Positions 29,441 through 37,454 of a DNA stretch of 64,000 nucleotides are shown here, one piece after another. The notes beneath the pieces are model-generated. The model worked only from the letters and a program-made list of their open reading frames with translations. It searched no databases and was not told the DNA's origin. Every line of letters begins with the position of its first letter. The stretch's first letter is position 1. This DNA comes from Candidatus Heimdallarchaeota archaeon (GTDB lineage Archaea > Asgardarchaeota > Heimdallarchaeia > Heimdallarchaeales > Heimdallarchaeaceae), in assembly GCA_019057375.1 (NCBI GenBank), contig DXJF01000032.1, positions 8,560-72,559 of the forward strand, given 5' to 3'. The translations under genes were made by a program, and so were the position numbers.

Positions 29441-29938
29441 TTACTCGTCGTAATCTTGGTAAGTTGTTGTCAGGGGTTCATCTTCATCTTCAGTATTTTC
29501 ATCGTCATCGTCTAGTACTGCTGCTTCAAGAGGAACAGTAGATGATGCAACCACAGGTGTAGATTCACCACTTTCATGTGCTTTGATATCGGTTTCAGCT
29601 TCCTTAAGTTCAAATTCAAGTTTTTCTAAATCTTCTTCAACTTTGAGTATTTTTCTTTCAAGTTCTTTAAGCTTATAATCCCTTTCTGCAATAGAAGCTT
29701 CCTTTTTCTTTGCTGAAACTTCACTTTTCAAAGCTTTATCTGGTTGTCCTTGATTTTCAAACTCTGTTTTCTTGACAAGATTTTCTTCTCGCTCTCTGTT
29801 ATCTTTTGCTCTTTTTTTGTTTTCATTAGCAATCTTTTTCTTAAGATCTTGAAGGTTACCAAGCTTCTTGTAGATGTCTTCTTCAATGTCAAACTTTTTC
29901 TCTAAAAGCTTGAAATAATGAACATTTGACTCACTCAT
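29441..29938 (-). CDS. Coiled-coil helical-hairpin protein with an acidic tail
   Basis: Long charged helices around a GQPDKA turn; D/E-rich C-terminus. Start refined to ATG 29938. Confidence 0.65.
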   Translation of the reverse strand: MSESNVHYFKLLEKKFDIEEDIYKKLGNLQDLKKKIANENKKRAKDNREREENLVKKTEFENQGQPDKALKSEVSAKKKEASIAERDYKLKELERKILKVEEDLEKLEFELKEAETDIKAHESGESTPVVASSTVPLEAAVLDDDDENTEDEDEPLTTTYQDYDE

Positions 29939-30130
29939 AATAATCCAGTAAAGTAAGGAAGAACACATTTTTAAGTTTACTCAATTAGGGGACAAAAGTG
30001 TGAAAACAGTAAATTTGTGCTTACTTAGTAGCATGGTTATTCAATCGAGATAGAAAAGAAAAATTTAAGAATAAAGTAGAATGGAAAAAAGTGTAGAGGA
30101 TTAATCTACAAAAAAAATCAAAGAAGAGTC

Positions 30131-30254
30131 CGGGCTTTAGCTCAGTGGCTTAGAGCTCTCGGCTGTAGTCAATAGACACCCTTGTGAGCAATGATCAAGG
30201 TGTCAGCCGGTAGAGACCGAGCGGTCCCGTGTTCAAATCACGGAAGCCCGACCA
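30131..30254 (+). tRNA. trnY: tRNA-Tyr(GTA) with a 47-nt intron at position 37/38 (30169-30215) and encoded CCA
   Basis: Acceptor CGGGCTT/AAGCCCG (C1:G72), A73, D arm GCTC/GAGC, anticodon stem CTCGG/CCGAG with GTA at 30165-30167, T arm CCGTG-TTCAAAT-CACGG. Confidence 0.93.
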
Positions 30255-30256
30255 CT

Positions 30257-31012
30257 TCATCTTTTTCTACCAATTGCATAAAAAACTGGAATGAAAATAG
30301 TTCTTTTATTTTCATTAATTACCTCTTTTTCCACTATTAGTTTATTTCTAAATTCTTCTTTTGATATTAATTGAGATTCATATATAAGTCTCCATTCTTG
30401 TTCAATATTCATCAAGAGGTTTTCTTTATCCCATACTTGTGCAATTACACCGATTGAAGTATCAAGGTTAGCTGTTTCGAATAAAGTTCTGAGTTTTCTT
30501 CCCATAAAAGGATCAGCACCTTCACGCTTCAGATAATCTTTATGATACTTCCCCAAATTATATTCTGGGTACTCTAACCAACCCCCATAATCCGGTTCTG
30601 CTAAAGCTGCTACAAACCCTCGTTTCTTACACACTCTACTCATTTCCTTAATCGCTTTCTCAGGTTTAGATAACCACAGAAAGAGATATTGACAGAGCAC
30701 AATGTCAAACATACCAGATCTCATAGAGAGTTTCTCAACATTTTCCCGCTTAAAGTTAACATTTTTCACGTTCTCTTCTGCTAAGGAAAGCATGGATTTA
30801 TCATGATCAACTGCAGTAATTTTTGCTCGAGTTCTTTTCCTTAGTTCATCTGTAATAACACCTGTCCCACAACCCACCTCTAAAACTCTTTTAGCCCCTC
30901 GTAAGTTTATTTGAGGATATATTTTGTTCCTAACAGATTCAGTCCAGTTAGCTTGGCGGACAAATTGCTCATGGATTTGTGGACCCCAGTTAACGTCTTC
31001 ATTGTTTGTCAT
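30257..31012 (-). CDS. Class I SAM-dependent methyltransferase, coupled to the radical SAM gene
   Basis: VLEVGCGTG, FDIVLCQYLFLW, EPDYGG; ATGA overlap with the upstream gene. Confidence 0.88.
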   Translation of the reverse strand: MTNNEDVNWGPQIHEQFVRQANWTESVRNKIYPQINLRGAKRVLEVGCGTGVITDELRKRTRAKITAVDHDKSMLSLAEENVKNVNFKRENVEKLSMRSGMFDIVLCQYLFLWLSKPEKAIKEMSRVCKKRGFVAALAEPDYGGWLEYPEYNLGKYHKDYLKREGADPFMGRKLRTLFETANLDTSIGVIAQVWDKENLLMNIEQEWRLIYESQLISKEEFRNKLIVEKEVINENKRTIFIPVFYAIGRKR

Positions 31013-32313
31013 GAAAATGCTTCCTTACAAATATACGAGGGGGACGCATAATTCAAAGGACACCCACCTCCACAAATCTCCCTTTCTGGGCAATCTAAAC
31101 ATTCTTCCTGGAGGTAGTTCATTTTGCGAAGATTTTTAGATATCTTATTATTCCAAATCTTTCTCCATTTAGTTGTTAGTATATTTCCTAAAGGTTCAAA
31201 GTAGCTTTGACAAGGAAGTACAGCTCCATCAGGTTCAATAGCCATTGCGATATGAGCTGCTGAACACTGTTTCATCCCTAATCCTTTTTCAATAGGGTTG
31301 AAGTCACAATATCTTGTAGGGCTATACCAAATGAAAGACAGCTCTTTTTTCTCTGCAGTTTTTAGAATCCTTGTAAGAACTTCATCTAGTTCTTCAAGAG
31401 GGAGAGCTAATTCTTCTTGTTTTCCTCCACCGGATTTTATGATGCTATTTGCAGCAAAATGATCAATTCCCAAAGAACCTAAAAATTCAACTGTCTTTTC
31501 TATTTCTTTGACATTAAATGGAGTTAGGGTAGTATTTGTCATGATATAAACTGGAGTTGGGATAACATTCTTTATTCCTTGTACAGTTTCTTCCCATGCC
31601 CCTTTAACTCCACACAATTGGTCATGAATTTTTGAATCATGACTCTCTATTGTTAATTGAAAATGATCAATCCCGGCTGTAACAAGCTTATCTACTAGAG
31701 CCTTATTTTTTAGTTTTCGACCGTTAGTAATCAAGCCTGTTATAATCCCTAAATCTTCAGCATATTCCACCAAATCTGGTAGGTCTTTTCTTAGGGTAGG
31801 TTCTCCTCCTGTAAATGTAACATGTGGGATACCTATGTCCCACAGCTTATCTAGAACCAACTTCCATTCGTCTGTTGATAGTTCCTTAATTTCTCTTGGG
31901 GTTTCAACGTAACATTTGGTACATTTACTATTGCATTTGTATGTTAGAGCTAAATCCATCCTTAATGGAGCAGAGAAGGGAGTTTCGTTTAAAGGATTTA
32001 TATCTTGAGATAAGTGTTGAACAGGATCTATATCAGGTGTTGTCATAAGTTCATTAATAGATGTTTTAAGCTCACGAAGATCAATTTCTAACTGTTCAAT
32101 AGAAACTCTGTATTTCTTTTTCATTTCGAATAGAATATCAATATCTTCTTTTCCTTCAATAATCCGTGAAACAAAATCTGTTGCAGTTTTGTTTAGATGA
32201 AGGATTCTTGTGGCATTAACTAGTAATAAACCTGTTCCACCCTTTTCCTTTCTAAGATGCATTCGAGCTGTGGTATCAAGATTTCTTTGATGATAAACTC
32301 TATATTTACCCAT
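31009..32313 (-). CDS. PqqD/RRE-domain radical SAM enzyme with SPASM domain
   Basis: N-terminal RRE-like LNKTA segment; CNSKCTKC (CxxxCxxC); FTGGEP; ITNG; SPASM C-x(17)-PC and CLDCPEREICGGGC. True start ATG 32313 (434 aa). Confidence 0.93.
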   Translation of the reverse strand: MGKYRVYHQRNLDTTARMHLRKEKGGTGLLLVNATRILHLNKTATDFVSRIIEGKEDIDILFEMKKKYRVSIEQLEIDLRELKTSINELMTTPDIDPVQHLSQDINPLNETPFSAPLRMDLALTYKCNSKCTKCYVETPREIKELSTDEWKLVLDKLWDIGIPHVTFTGGEPTLRKDLPDLVEYAEDLGIITGLITNGRKLKNKALVDKLVTAGIDHFQLTIESHDSKIHDQLCGVKGAWEETVQGIKNVIPTPVYIMTNTTLTPFNVKEIEKTVEFLGSLGIDHFAANSIIKSGGGKQEELALPLEELDEVLTRILKTAEKKELSFIWYSPTRYCDFNPIEKGLGMKQCSAAHIAMAIEPDGAVLPCQSYFEPLGNILTTKWRKIWNNKISKNLRKMNYLQEECLDCPEREICGGGCPLNYASPSYICKEAFS

Positions 32314-33995
32314 TATCTTCCACCTCCAGCACAAGCGCAAGCACAAGCACATGCACAAGCACAGCCCCCTCCACTGTAACTTCTACCACCACTACTTGAT
32401 CTAGCTGGTGGAGGTCGAGTTATATTTTTCACAGAATCACGTAATGAGCTAGGTTTATGCACCAACCCAGACATGAAACTTTGGACAGGAGCTATTTGAG
32501 ATATTCTTCCCTGTCGACTTATTCGCATAAAAGGTCCTATACTTTTATGACTTCTGCGAGATATGCTTGAACCTATTGCATAATAATAGTAACTTCTCAC
32601 ATACCAACCAGGATAATAATAAGTTCCCCCATATTTTTCCAAACGCTGGTCATAATTTTCATCTACCATAATCCAAAGGAAGGCATTAAGCAATTCTGGA
32701 TTTGATTTACTCATTTCCTGCCATGCTTTATCTATTATTGATTCGTAATAATCCCTTGTTTTTCTAGCAGAAAAGCCTTTCATTTTTTTAGCAACACTTT
32801 TTATTTGAGCAACTAGTGCATTTTTCAAATCAGTTTGATGAACAGGTTCTTTGGGAATTGCTCCTGAAGCTGCTCCTCTTATCCACTTTTCATCTTCTTT
32901 GTTTCTTTTTCTTATACCAACAATCATTGTTTTATGTGGTTTTGAAAATTCAGCTATAGTTGCATCTGTAGCTGCAATATCTAATCTTAACTCAGGTTTC
33001 CTTGTTCTAATATTTAGATACCCTTTTTCCATTAATTCAAATAGCATTAAAGAAGCAACTTGCGTTAAAGGTCTTTCAAAAAGTAATGCAACTTCAGAGG
33101 GGGCTAGATCTTCTCTAATTCCTCCTCCCAATGAGCTAATAGAGGGCGGGAGATATCGTCTAGAGTTTCTTATTTTTCTAAATATGAATATAATCACAGC
33201 TAGTACAATTATACAAGCTATTGCAGTTGCTATGGGGTATCTTATCATACTGCCCCATACTAATAAAGTCCAAAACGAATTAAATGTTTTTGAATACTCT
33301 TCAGGAAATGCAACCCCAACTTCATAGCTGAAATAAGGTGTTCCTATTGATGAAAACTGTACATAAGGACCCTCAGGTGAACTTGCTACCTTGGTAAAAT
33401 CTGCTATATCTGCAATTCTATAATCAACTTCCGAAATATCTGTGAGATCTTCAGGAAAATAAAATCTAACAGTTCTATTAGTTGAGCCAAATGAATAATC
33501 TAACTCATACCATGTTTGATAAAATACAACTGAAGCTAAGCCTTCTTGATTATCACTGTAAACCATTTTAGGATTGTGACATTCAACCTCTAAGATTCCA
33601 GTTTGACCAGCATAAATATAACCTACTTCATCAAGCCAAATCTCTACACCGATATCAATGTATTCACTTTTTCTTATATCTGTTACTTCTATCCCATTTA
33701 ACCAAGCTCTTACAGATTTTAGCTGATAGTAAACATTAGGGAAACCAACATCAACTACATCTATTGCTTGACCTTCTGAAGGGTGGTTAACAAACTCAAA
33801 TCTATAATAAATGTCGATGGACCCATCATCAAGTATTGATATTTCAGTGTATATTGATGGAACCTCAAAGTAGTAAGCTTCCATTCTTGGATTAGACTCA
33901 GATATATCATTTTCTCTTGCTATTGAAAATGATGGTGATAAGCTGATAGTTAAAATTACAACACTAAAAACCACAAATATTTTTTTCAAAGTCAT
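32313..33995 (-). CDS. DUF2207-like single-pass membrane protein with a C-terminal (Cys-Ala)6-GGGR tail
   Basis: Signal peptide, ISILDDGSIDIYYRF beta-sandwich, TM helix, LAPSEVALL motif, Tyr-rich and Ser/Gly-rich segments, then SGGGCACACACACACAGGGR. Confidence 0.75.
   Translation of the reverse strand: MTLKKIFVVFSVVILTISLSPSFSIARENDISESNPRMEAYYFEVPSIYTEISILDDGSIDIYYRFEFVNHPSEGQAIDVVDVGFPNVYYQLKSVRAWLNGIEVTDIRKSEYIDIGVEIWLDEVGYIYAGQTGILEVECHNPKMVYSDNQEGLASVVFYQTWYELDYSFGSTNRTVRFYFPEDLTDISEVDYRIADIADFTKVASSPEGPYVQFSSIGTPYFSYEVGVAFPEEYSKTFNSFWTLLVWGSMIRYPIATAIACIIVLAVIIFIFRKIRNSRRYLPPSISSLGGGIREDLAPSEVALLFERPLTQVASLMLFELMEKGYLNIRTRKPELRLDIAATDATIAEFSKPHKTMIVGIRKRNKEDEKWIRGAASGAIPKEPVHQTDLKNALVAQIKSVAKKMKGFSARKTRDYYESIIDKAWQEMSKSNPELLNAFLWIMVDENYDQRLEKYGGTYYYPGWYVRSYYYYAIGSSISRRSHKSIGPFMRISRQGRISQIAPVQSFMSGLVHKPSSLRDSVKNITRPPPARSSSGGRSYSGGGCACACACACACAGGGR
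32328..32363 (-). repeat. 6 x 6-nt repeat encoding (Cys-Ala)6
   Basis: tgtgct tgtgca tgtgct tgtgct tgcgct tgtgct; all changes are synonymous. Confidence 0.95.
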
Positions 33996-34144
33996 TGTAT
34001 CTCCCCTTTTATTTTCGATTATGAATACTAAACTTTTTCCATTGCATTAGTGTATTCTGTTGAAAAGATACAAACCTATGTTTGACAGGTATATTGAATC
34101 TATATCGCTTCTTAATTGTAAAAGAGAGCGGGAAGTTTGCTTTT

Positions 34145-34852
34145 CTAGAAGAACAAATGCTCTTCAGCTTCTTTGTCCTTTTTTTTCTTTCTTCGTTTTC
34201 TTTTCTTAATAGGTTCTTCTTTAGGCTTAATAGGTTCATCCACATCAATTTCTTTATCTAGTTTAGTAGCTACCTCTGCCAAAGTTTTGTATAACAAAGA
34301 ACGCATTTTGAATTTTGTCTCTTCATCAAAAATAGTTTTTAAAGCAGTATAAACAGTTTGATTTGCATATTTAGGTATTATACTTAGAGCAATTTGTCTA
34401 GGATATACATCGTGGTCATTCTTGATGGTTTCCAAGATTAATTTTCTCATTACAGCTTTTTTTAGTTTCTTTCTTTCGTGCAATTTCCTAAGGGCAGCAG
34501 ATCTAACAACATCGTTTAAATCATTTTTCGAAATATTCAGAAGCATCTCATCAGTATCCGAAGTAGACATGTCACCAAGTGATTCAGTTATAGCTAATCT
34601 AACATTTCTATCTCTTTCATAAGCATAAAGCTCACTCAATTTTTGGGCTATATCACTATCTTCAAATTTTGTAACGGTCATTATTGCTTTAATGCGAATT
34701 TTATAGTATTTGTCATTCTCACTTACCTGAATAAGAAAATCTACCAAATTCTGATTTTTTTGTTCATTTCCTAATTTATCCAATAACTCAAATTTAGCAA
34801 AATCGGGAGAATTATTGAATTTCTTCATCATCTTAGCTAATTCTTGTTCCAT
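34145..34852 (-). CDS. HEAT repeat protein with a basic C-terminal tail
   Basis: VRLAITESLG and VRSAALRKL type repeats; KKRKRRKKKKDK tail. Start refined to ATG 34852. Confidence 0.75.
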   Translation of the reverse strand: MEQELAKMMKKFNNSPDFAKFELLDKLGNEQKNQNLVDFLIQVSENDKYYKIRIKAIMTVTKFEDSDIAQKLSELYAYERDRNVRLAITESLGDMSTSDTDEMLLNISKNDLNDVVRSAALRKLHERKKLKKAVMRKLILETIKNDHDVYPRQIALSIIPKYANQTVYTALKTIFDEETKFKMRSLLYKTLAEVATKLDKEIDVDEPIKPKEEPIKKRKRRKKKKDKEAEEHLFF

Positions 34853-34959
34853 TACATCTAAATTATAGTTTGTGCTTTTATAATTTACTAACAATCCAGT
34901 TCCAATTTTTCTTAAATTGGGGTTTTTATAACATGGTAAATGAAATATAATGACTCAAA

Positions 34960-35514
34960 TTGACCACGTTACAGGATACTGAAAATATAGAAAAAGAGGG
35001 CTTTGCCATCGTATATTTTGCTGATAGTGGTTTTGAGATTTTCGCTTCAGATTTAGACGATATAAAACTCGAAACAATGCTTACAACGTATCCTACATTA
35101 ATGGGAATCATGCAAAACCAAGAAATAAAGGGATTAGCATCAACAAAAATCAATGAAAAATCATTCTTGTTAGCTTTTGCTATAAACCTGAAAAACCTAA
35201 ATGCAAAGGATACAAGGTTAAAACTAAAGACAGCAACAATTATTAATTTTATTGTATCAAGAGAGATATATAAACAGCTAGTGGTTAACTTTGATGAATT
35301 CGAGAAGTTTCTAGAAAAATACTTTAAACCAATTGTTTTTCTCTTTGATCTTTATGCTGTAGACCTATCAAGAATAATACCTTTATTTCTTGAAAAACAG
35401 AAACGAGAGGAAAAACTGAAGAGAATAAAAGAGATAAAAAAGGATAATATCTCAATTGCAACAGAGTTTAACAAATGGTTAACTAGTACAATTTTTGAAA
35501 AGAAAAAAGGATGA
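34960..35514 (+). CDS. Hypothetical protein, possible longin-like alpha/beta domain
   Basis: Pattern similar to the cytoplasmic domain of 5516-7306. Confidence 0.55.
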   Translation: MTTLQDTENIEKEGFAIVYFADSGFEIFASDLDDIKLETMLTTYPTLMGIMQNQEIKGLASTKINEKSFLLAFAINLKNLNAKDTRLKLKTATIINFIVSREIYKQLVVNFDEFEKFLEKYFKPIVFLFDLYAVDLSRIIPLFLEKQKREEKLKRIKEIKKDNISIATEFNKWLTSTIFEKKKG

Positions 35515-35576
35515 TATTTAATGTTATTCCAATAATTTTATTACGTCCCTAAGCATTCGATGGTTAGTGACGTTTT

Positions 35577-36491
35577 ATGCTAGAAATAAGATTCCATGGC
35601 CGAGGAGGATCAGGCTCAGTTCTAGCTTCAAGAGCTTTGGCCAAGGCTGCTTTCTATGAAGGAAAATATGCTGTTTCTTTTCCTTCTTTTGGTGCTGAGA
35701 GAAGAGGATCACTTGTTCTAGCATTTGCACGTATTAATGAAAGAAAAATCTTCAGAAGAACCCAAATCTACACTCCAGATATTGTTGTTGTTCTTAATGA
35801 AGATATTCCAGAGTTAATTGATATTATCGAAGGATTAAAACCTGAAGGTATAGTTGTTTTAAATTCAACAAAAAAGCCAGAACAGATTATTTTGTCTAAA
35901 TCCACTAATGTAGGGGTTGTTGAAGCCACAAAAATTGCTCAAGATATTCTTGATGAACCCATAACAAACACTGCAATGTTAGGTGCCTTAGTAAAGAGTA
36001 CTGGTATAATATCTTTGGAAAATCTTGAGAAAGGAATTTTTTCAGTTTTCAAAAAAAGATTAGGAGAAACAATAGCAAGAAAAAATGTTGAAATCGCTCG
36101 AATTGCGTATGAAGAAACCATACTAGGAGTCTCACAAGCAGGTAAAACTTATGTTGAAATGCGTTCGTGGCTACCTACAGTTGATGAACTCCCGTTAGGA
36201 ACAATTCTTCCAAAATCAGCTCTTCCAAATGGACAAGAAATTGGTCCGGGTGCTGCAAAACGTAGGAAAACTGGAACGTGGAGTAAAGAAAAAGCAGTAG
36301 TTAATCAAGAAAAATGCATTGAGTGTCTCAAATGCTTGTTTCATTGTCCTGAGGGTACAATCTATAGAAATAATGGGAAAGTTAAAGTAAACAATATTTA
36401 TTGCAAAACATGTGGAATTTGTGTTGCTGTTTGCCCAGTTAATGCTATTTCAATAGAAGAAATAGAAGATTATACAGAAATCATACCTTGA
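35577..36491 (+). CDS. 2-oxoacid:ferredoxin oxidoreductase gamma-delta fusion
   Basis: EIRFHGRGGSG, FGAERRG and NTAMLGA (gamma); WS...AVVNQEKCIECLKC..CPE and CKTCGICVAVCP (delta). Confidence 0.9.
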   Translation: MLEIRFHGRGGSGSVLASRALAKAAFYEGKYAVSFPSFGAERRGSLVLAFARINERKIFRRTQIYTPDIVVVLNEDIPELIDIIEGLKPEGIVVLNSTKKPEQIILSKSTNVGVVEATKIAQDILDEPITNTAMLGALVKSTGIISLENLEKGIFSVFKKRLGETIARKNVEIARIAYEETILGVSQAGKTYVEMRSWLPTVDELPLGTILPKSALPNGQEIGPGAAKRRKTGTWSKEKAVVNQEKCIECLKCLFHCPEGTIYRNNGKVKVNNIYCKTCGICVAVCPVNAISIEEIEDYTEIIP

Positions 36492-37403
36492 TTATTTGTA
36501 TCTCTCCAAATCATCTCTTTCATTTTTGTTTTCAGAAAAAGTTGAATTTGAGCTAAAGGAAAATGTTTTGTTAGAATTTGATGATTTATTGCGTTCATTG
36601 AGATTTTTGAAATCTTCATCAAACTCTTCCTCGTATTCTTCTTTAAATTCTTCATCAAACTCTTCATCATATTCTTCATTAAACTGTGCATCATCTTGGA
36701 TGAAGTCAAAGCTACTTTCGAGGAATGAATAATCAAATTCTTGTATTTCTTGTGATTCTAAAACTAAGTTCAATAGTTTTTCTAATTCCTTTAAGGCTAA
36801 TAAAGAAGCATCTAAATCGACTTCGTATGTATTACAATAAGAAAGAATACTTAGAACAGGAAATCTATACGCGGTTCCTTCAGCAAGAAGGAAACTTATG
36901 GGACCTTTGATTGATAAATCATCTCTAAAGGTTCTCTTGGTACCAAAGAGTTCTGAATATTTTTTAGTAGGAATCAGAGTTACCCAAGAATCATCAGAAG
37001 AATTACGGACATCTTCTCTTAATCCACCTATTATGATGTAGCGCTTCGCCTCCCAAGACAGGATCTCTTGTGTTATCCATTTCCAAAAAGCATCAGGAAG
37101 AGCATTATAGCCAACAACAGGTATAGGTAATCTAGAAGTTACTAGTACAAACTTTTCTTTTGGGTCATCAGATTTTACATCAAGTTCATACATGGTAATG
37201 GGTGATTCCAGATTTCCTTTATGAAACCAACTAAGGTTCCCCCAAAAACCAATTGATCCAACCTTAAGTACTTCTACAATATGATTGAGAACAGTTGTTC
37301 CCACTGAACCATAACCAGAAAATCCCAAAATTACAGTAGTGTCAGAATCGATTTTTATTGCATCAAAAGACATCTGATTAAGAAACAGCCATGTATTCTT
37401 CAT
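36492..37403 (-). CDS. PAC2 family proteasome assembly chaperone with an acidic tail
   Basis: ILGFSGYGSVG, IIIGG, I.GPISFLL; D/E-rich C-terminus. Confidence 0.78.
   Translation of the reverse strand: MKNTWLFLNQMSFDAIKIDSDTTVILGFSGYGSVGTTVLNHIVEVLKVGSIGFWGNLSWFHKGNLESPITMYELDVKSDDPKEKFVLVTSRLPIPVVGYNALPDAFWKWITQEILSWEAKRYIIIGGLREDVRNSSDDSWVTLIPTKKYSELFGTKRTFRDDLSIKGPISFLLAEGTAYRFPVLSILSYCNTYEVDLDASLLALKELEKLLNLVLESQEIQEFDYSFLESSFDFIQDDAQFNEEYDEEFDEEFKEEYEEEFDEDFKNLNERNKSSNSNKTFSFSSNSTFSENKNERDDLERYK
36609..36683 (-). repeat. 12-nt period repeat encoding (F/Y)-x-E-E
   Basis: FNEEYDEEFDEEFKEEYEEEFDEDF. Confidence 0.85.
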
Positions 37404-37454
37404 TATCTGACAGCCAATTTTACTAGGTTAAAAAAGTGATGGTAAGGAAGTTAT

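Noticed and set aside
32314-32358. Cys-rich N-terminus MCMCLCLRLCWRWKI assigned to the radical SAM ORF by the track
   Set aside because: It is the (CA)6 repeat of the upstream gene read in another frame. The ATG at 32313 overlapping the upstream TAA is the natural start.
32328-32363. Possible phase-variable microsatellite
   Set aside because: The unit is 6 nt (frame-preserving) and interrupted by synonymous changes, which fits protein-level selection better.
30240-34000. tRNA-Tyr as an integration site for an island carrying the rSAM operon
   Set aside because: I found no integrase, no duplicated tRNA 3' end by eye and no obvious compositional shift.
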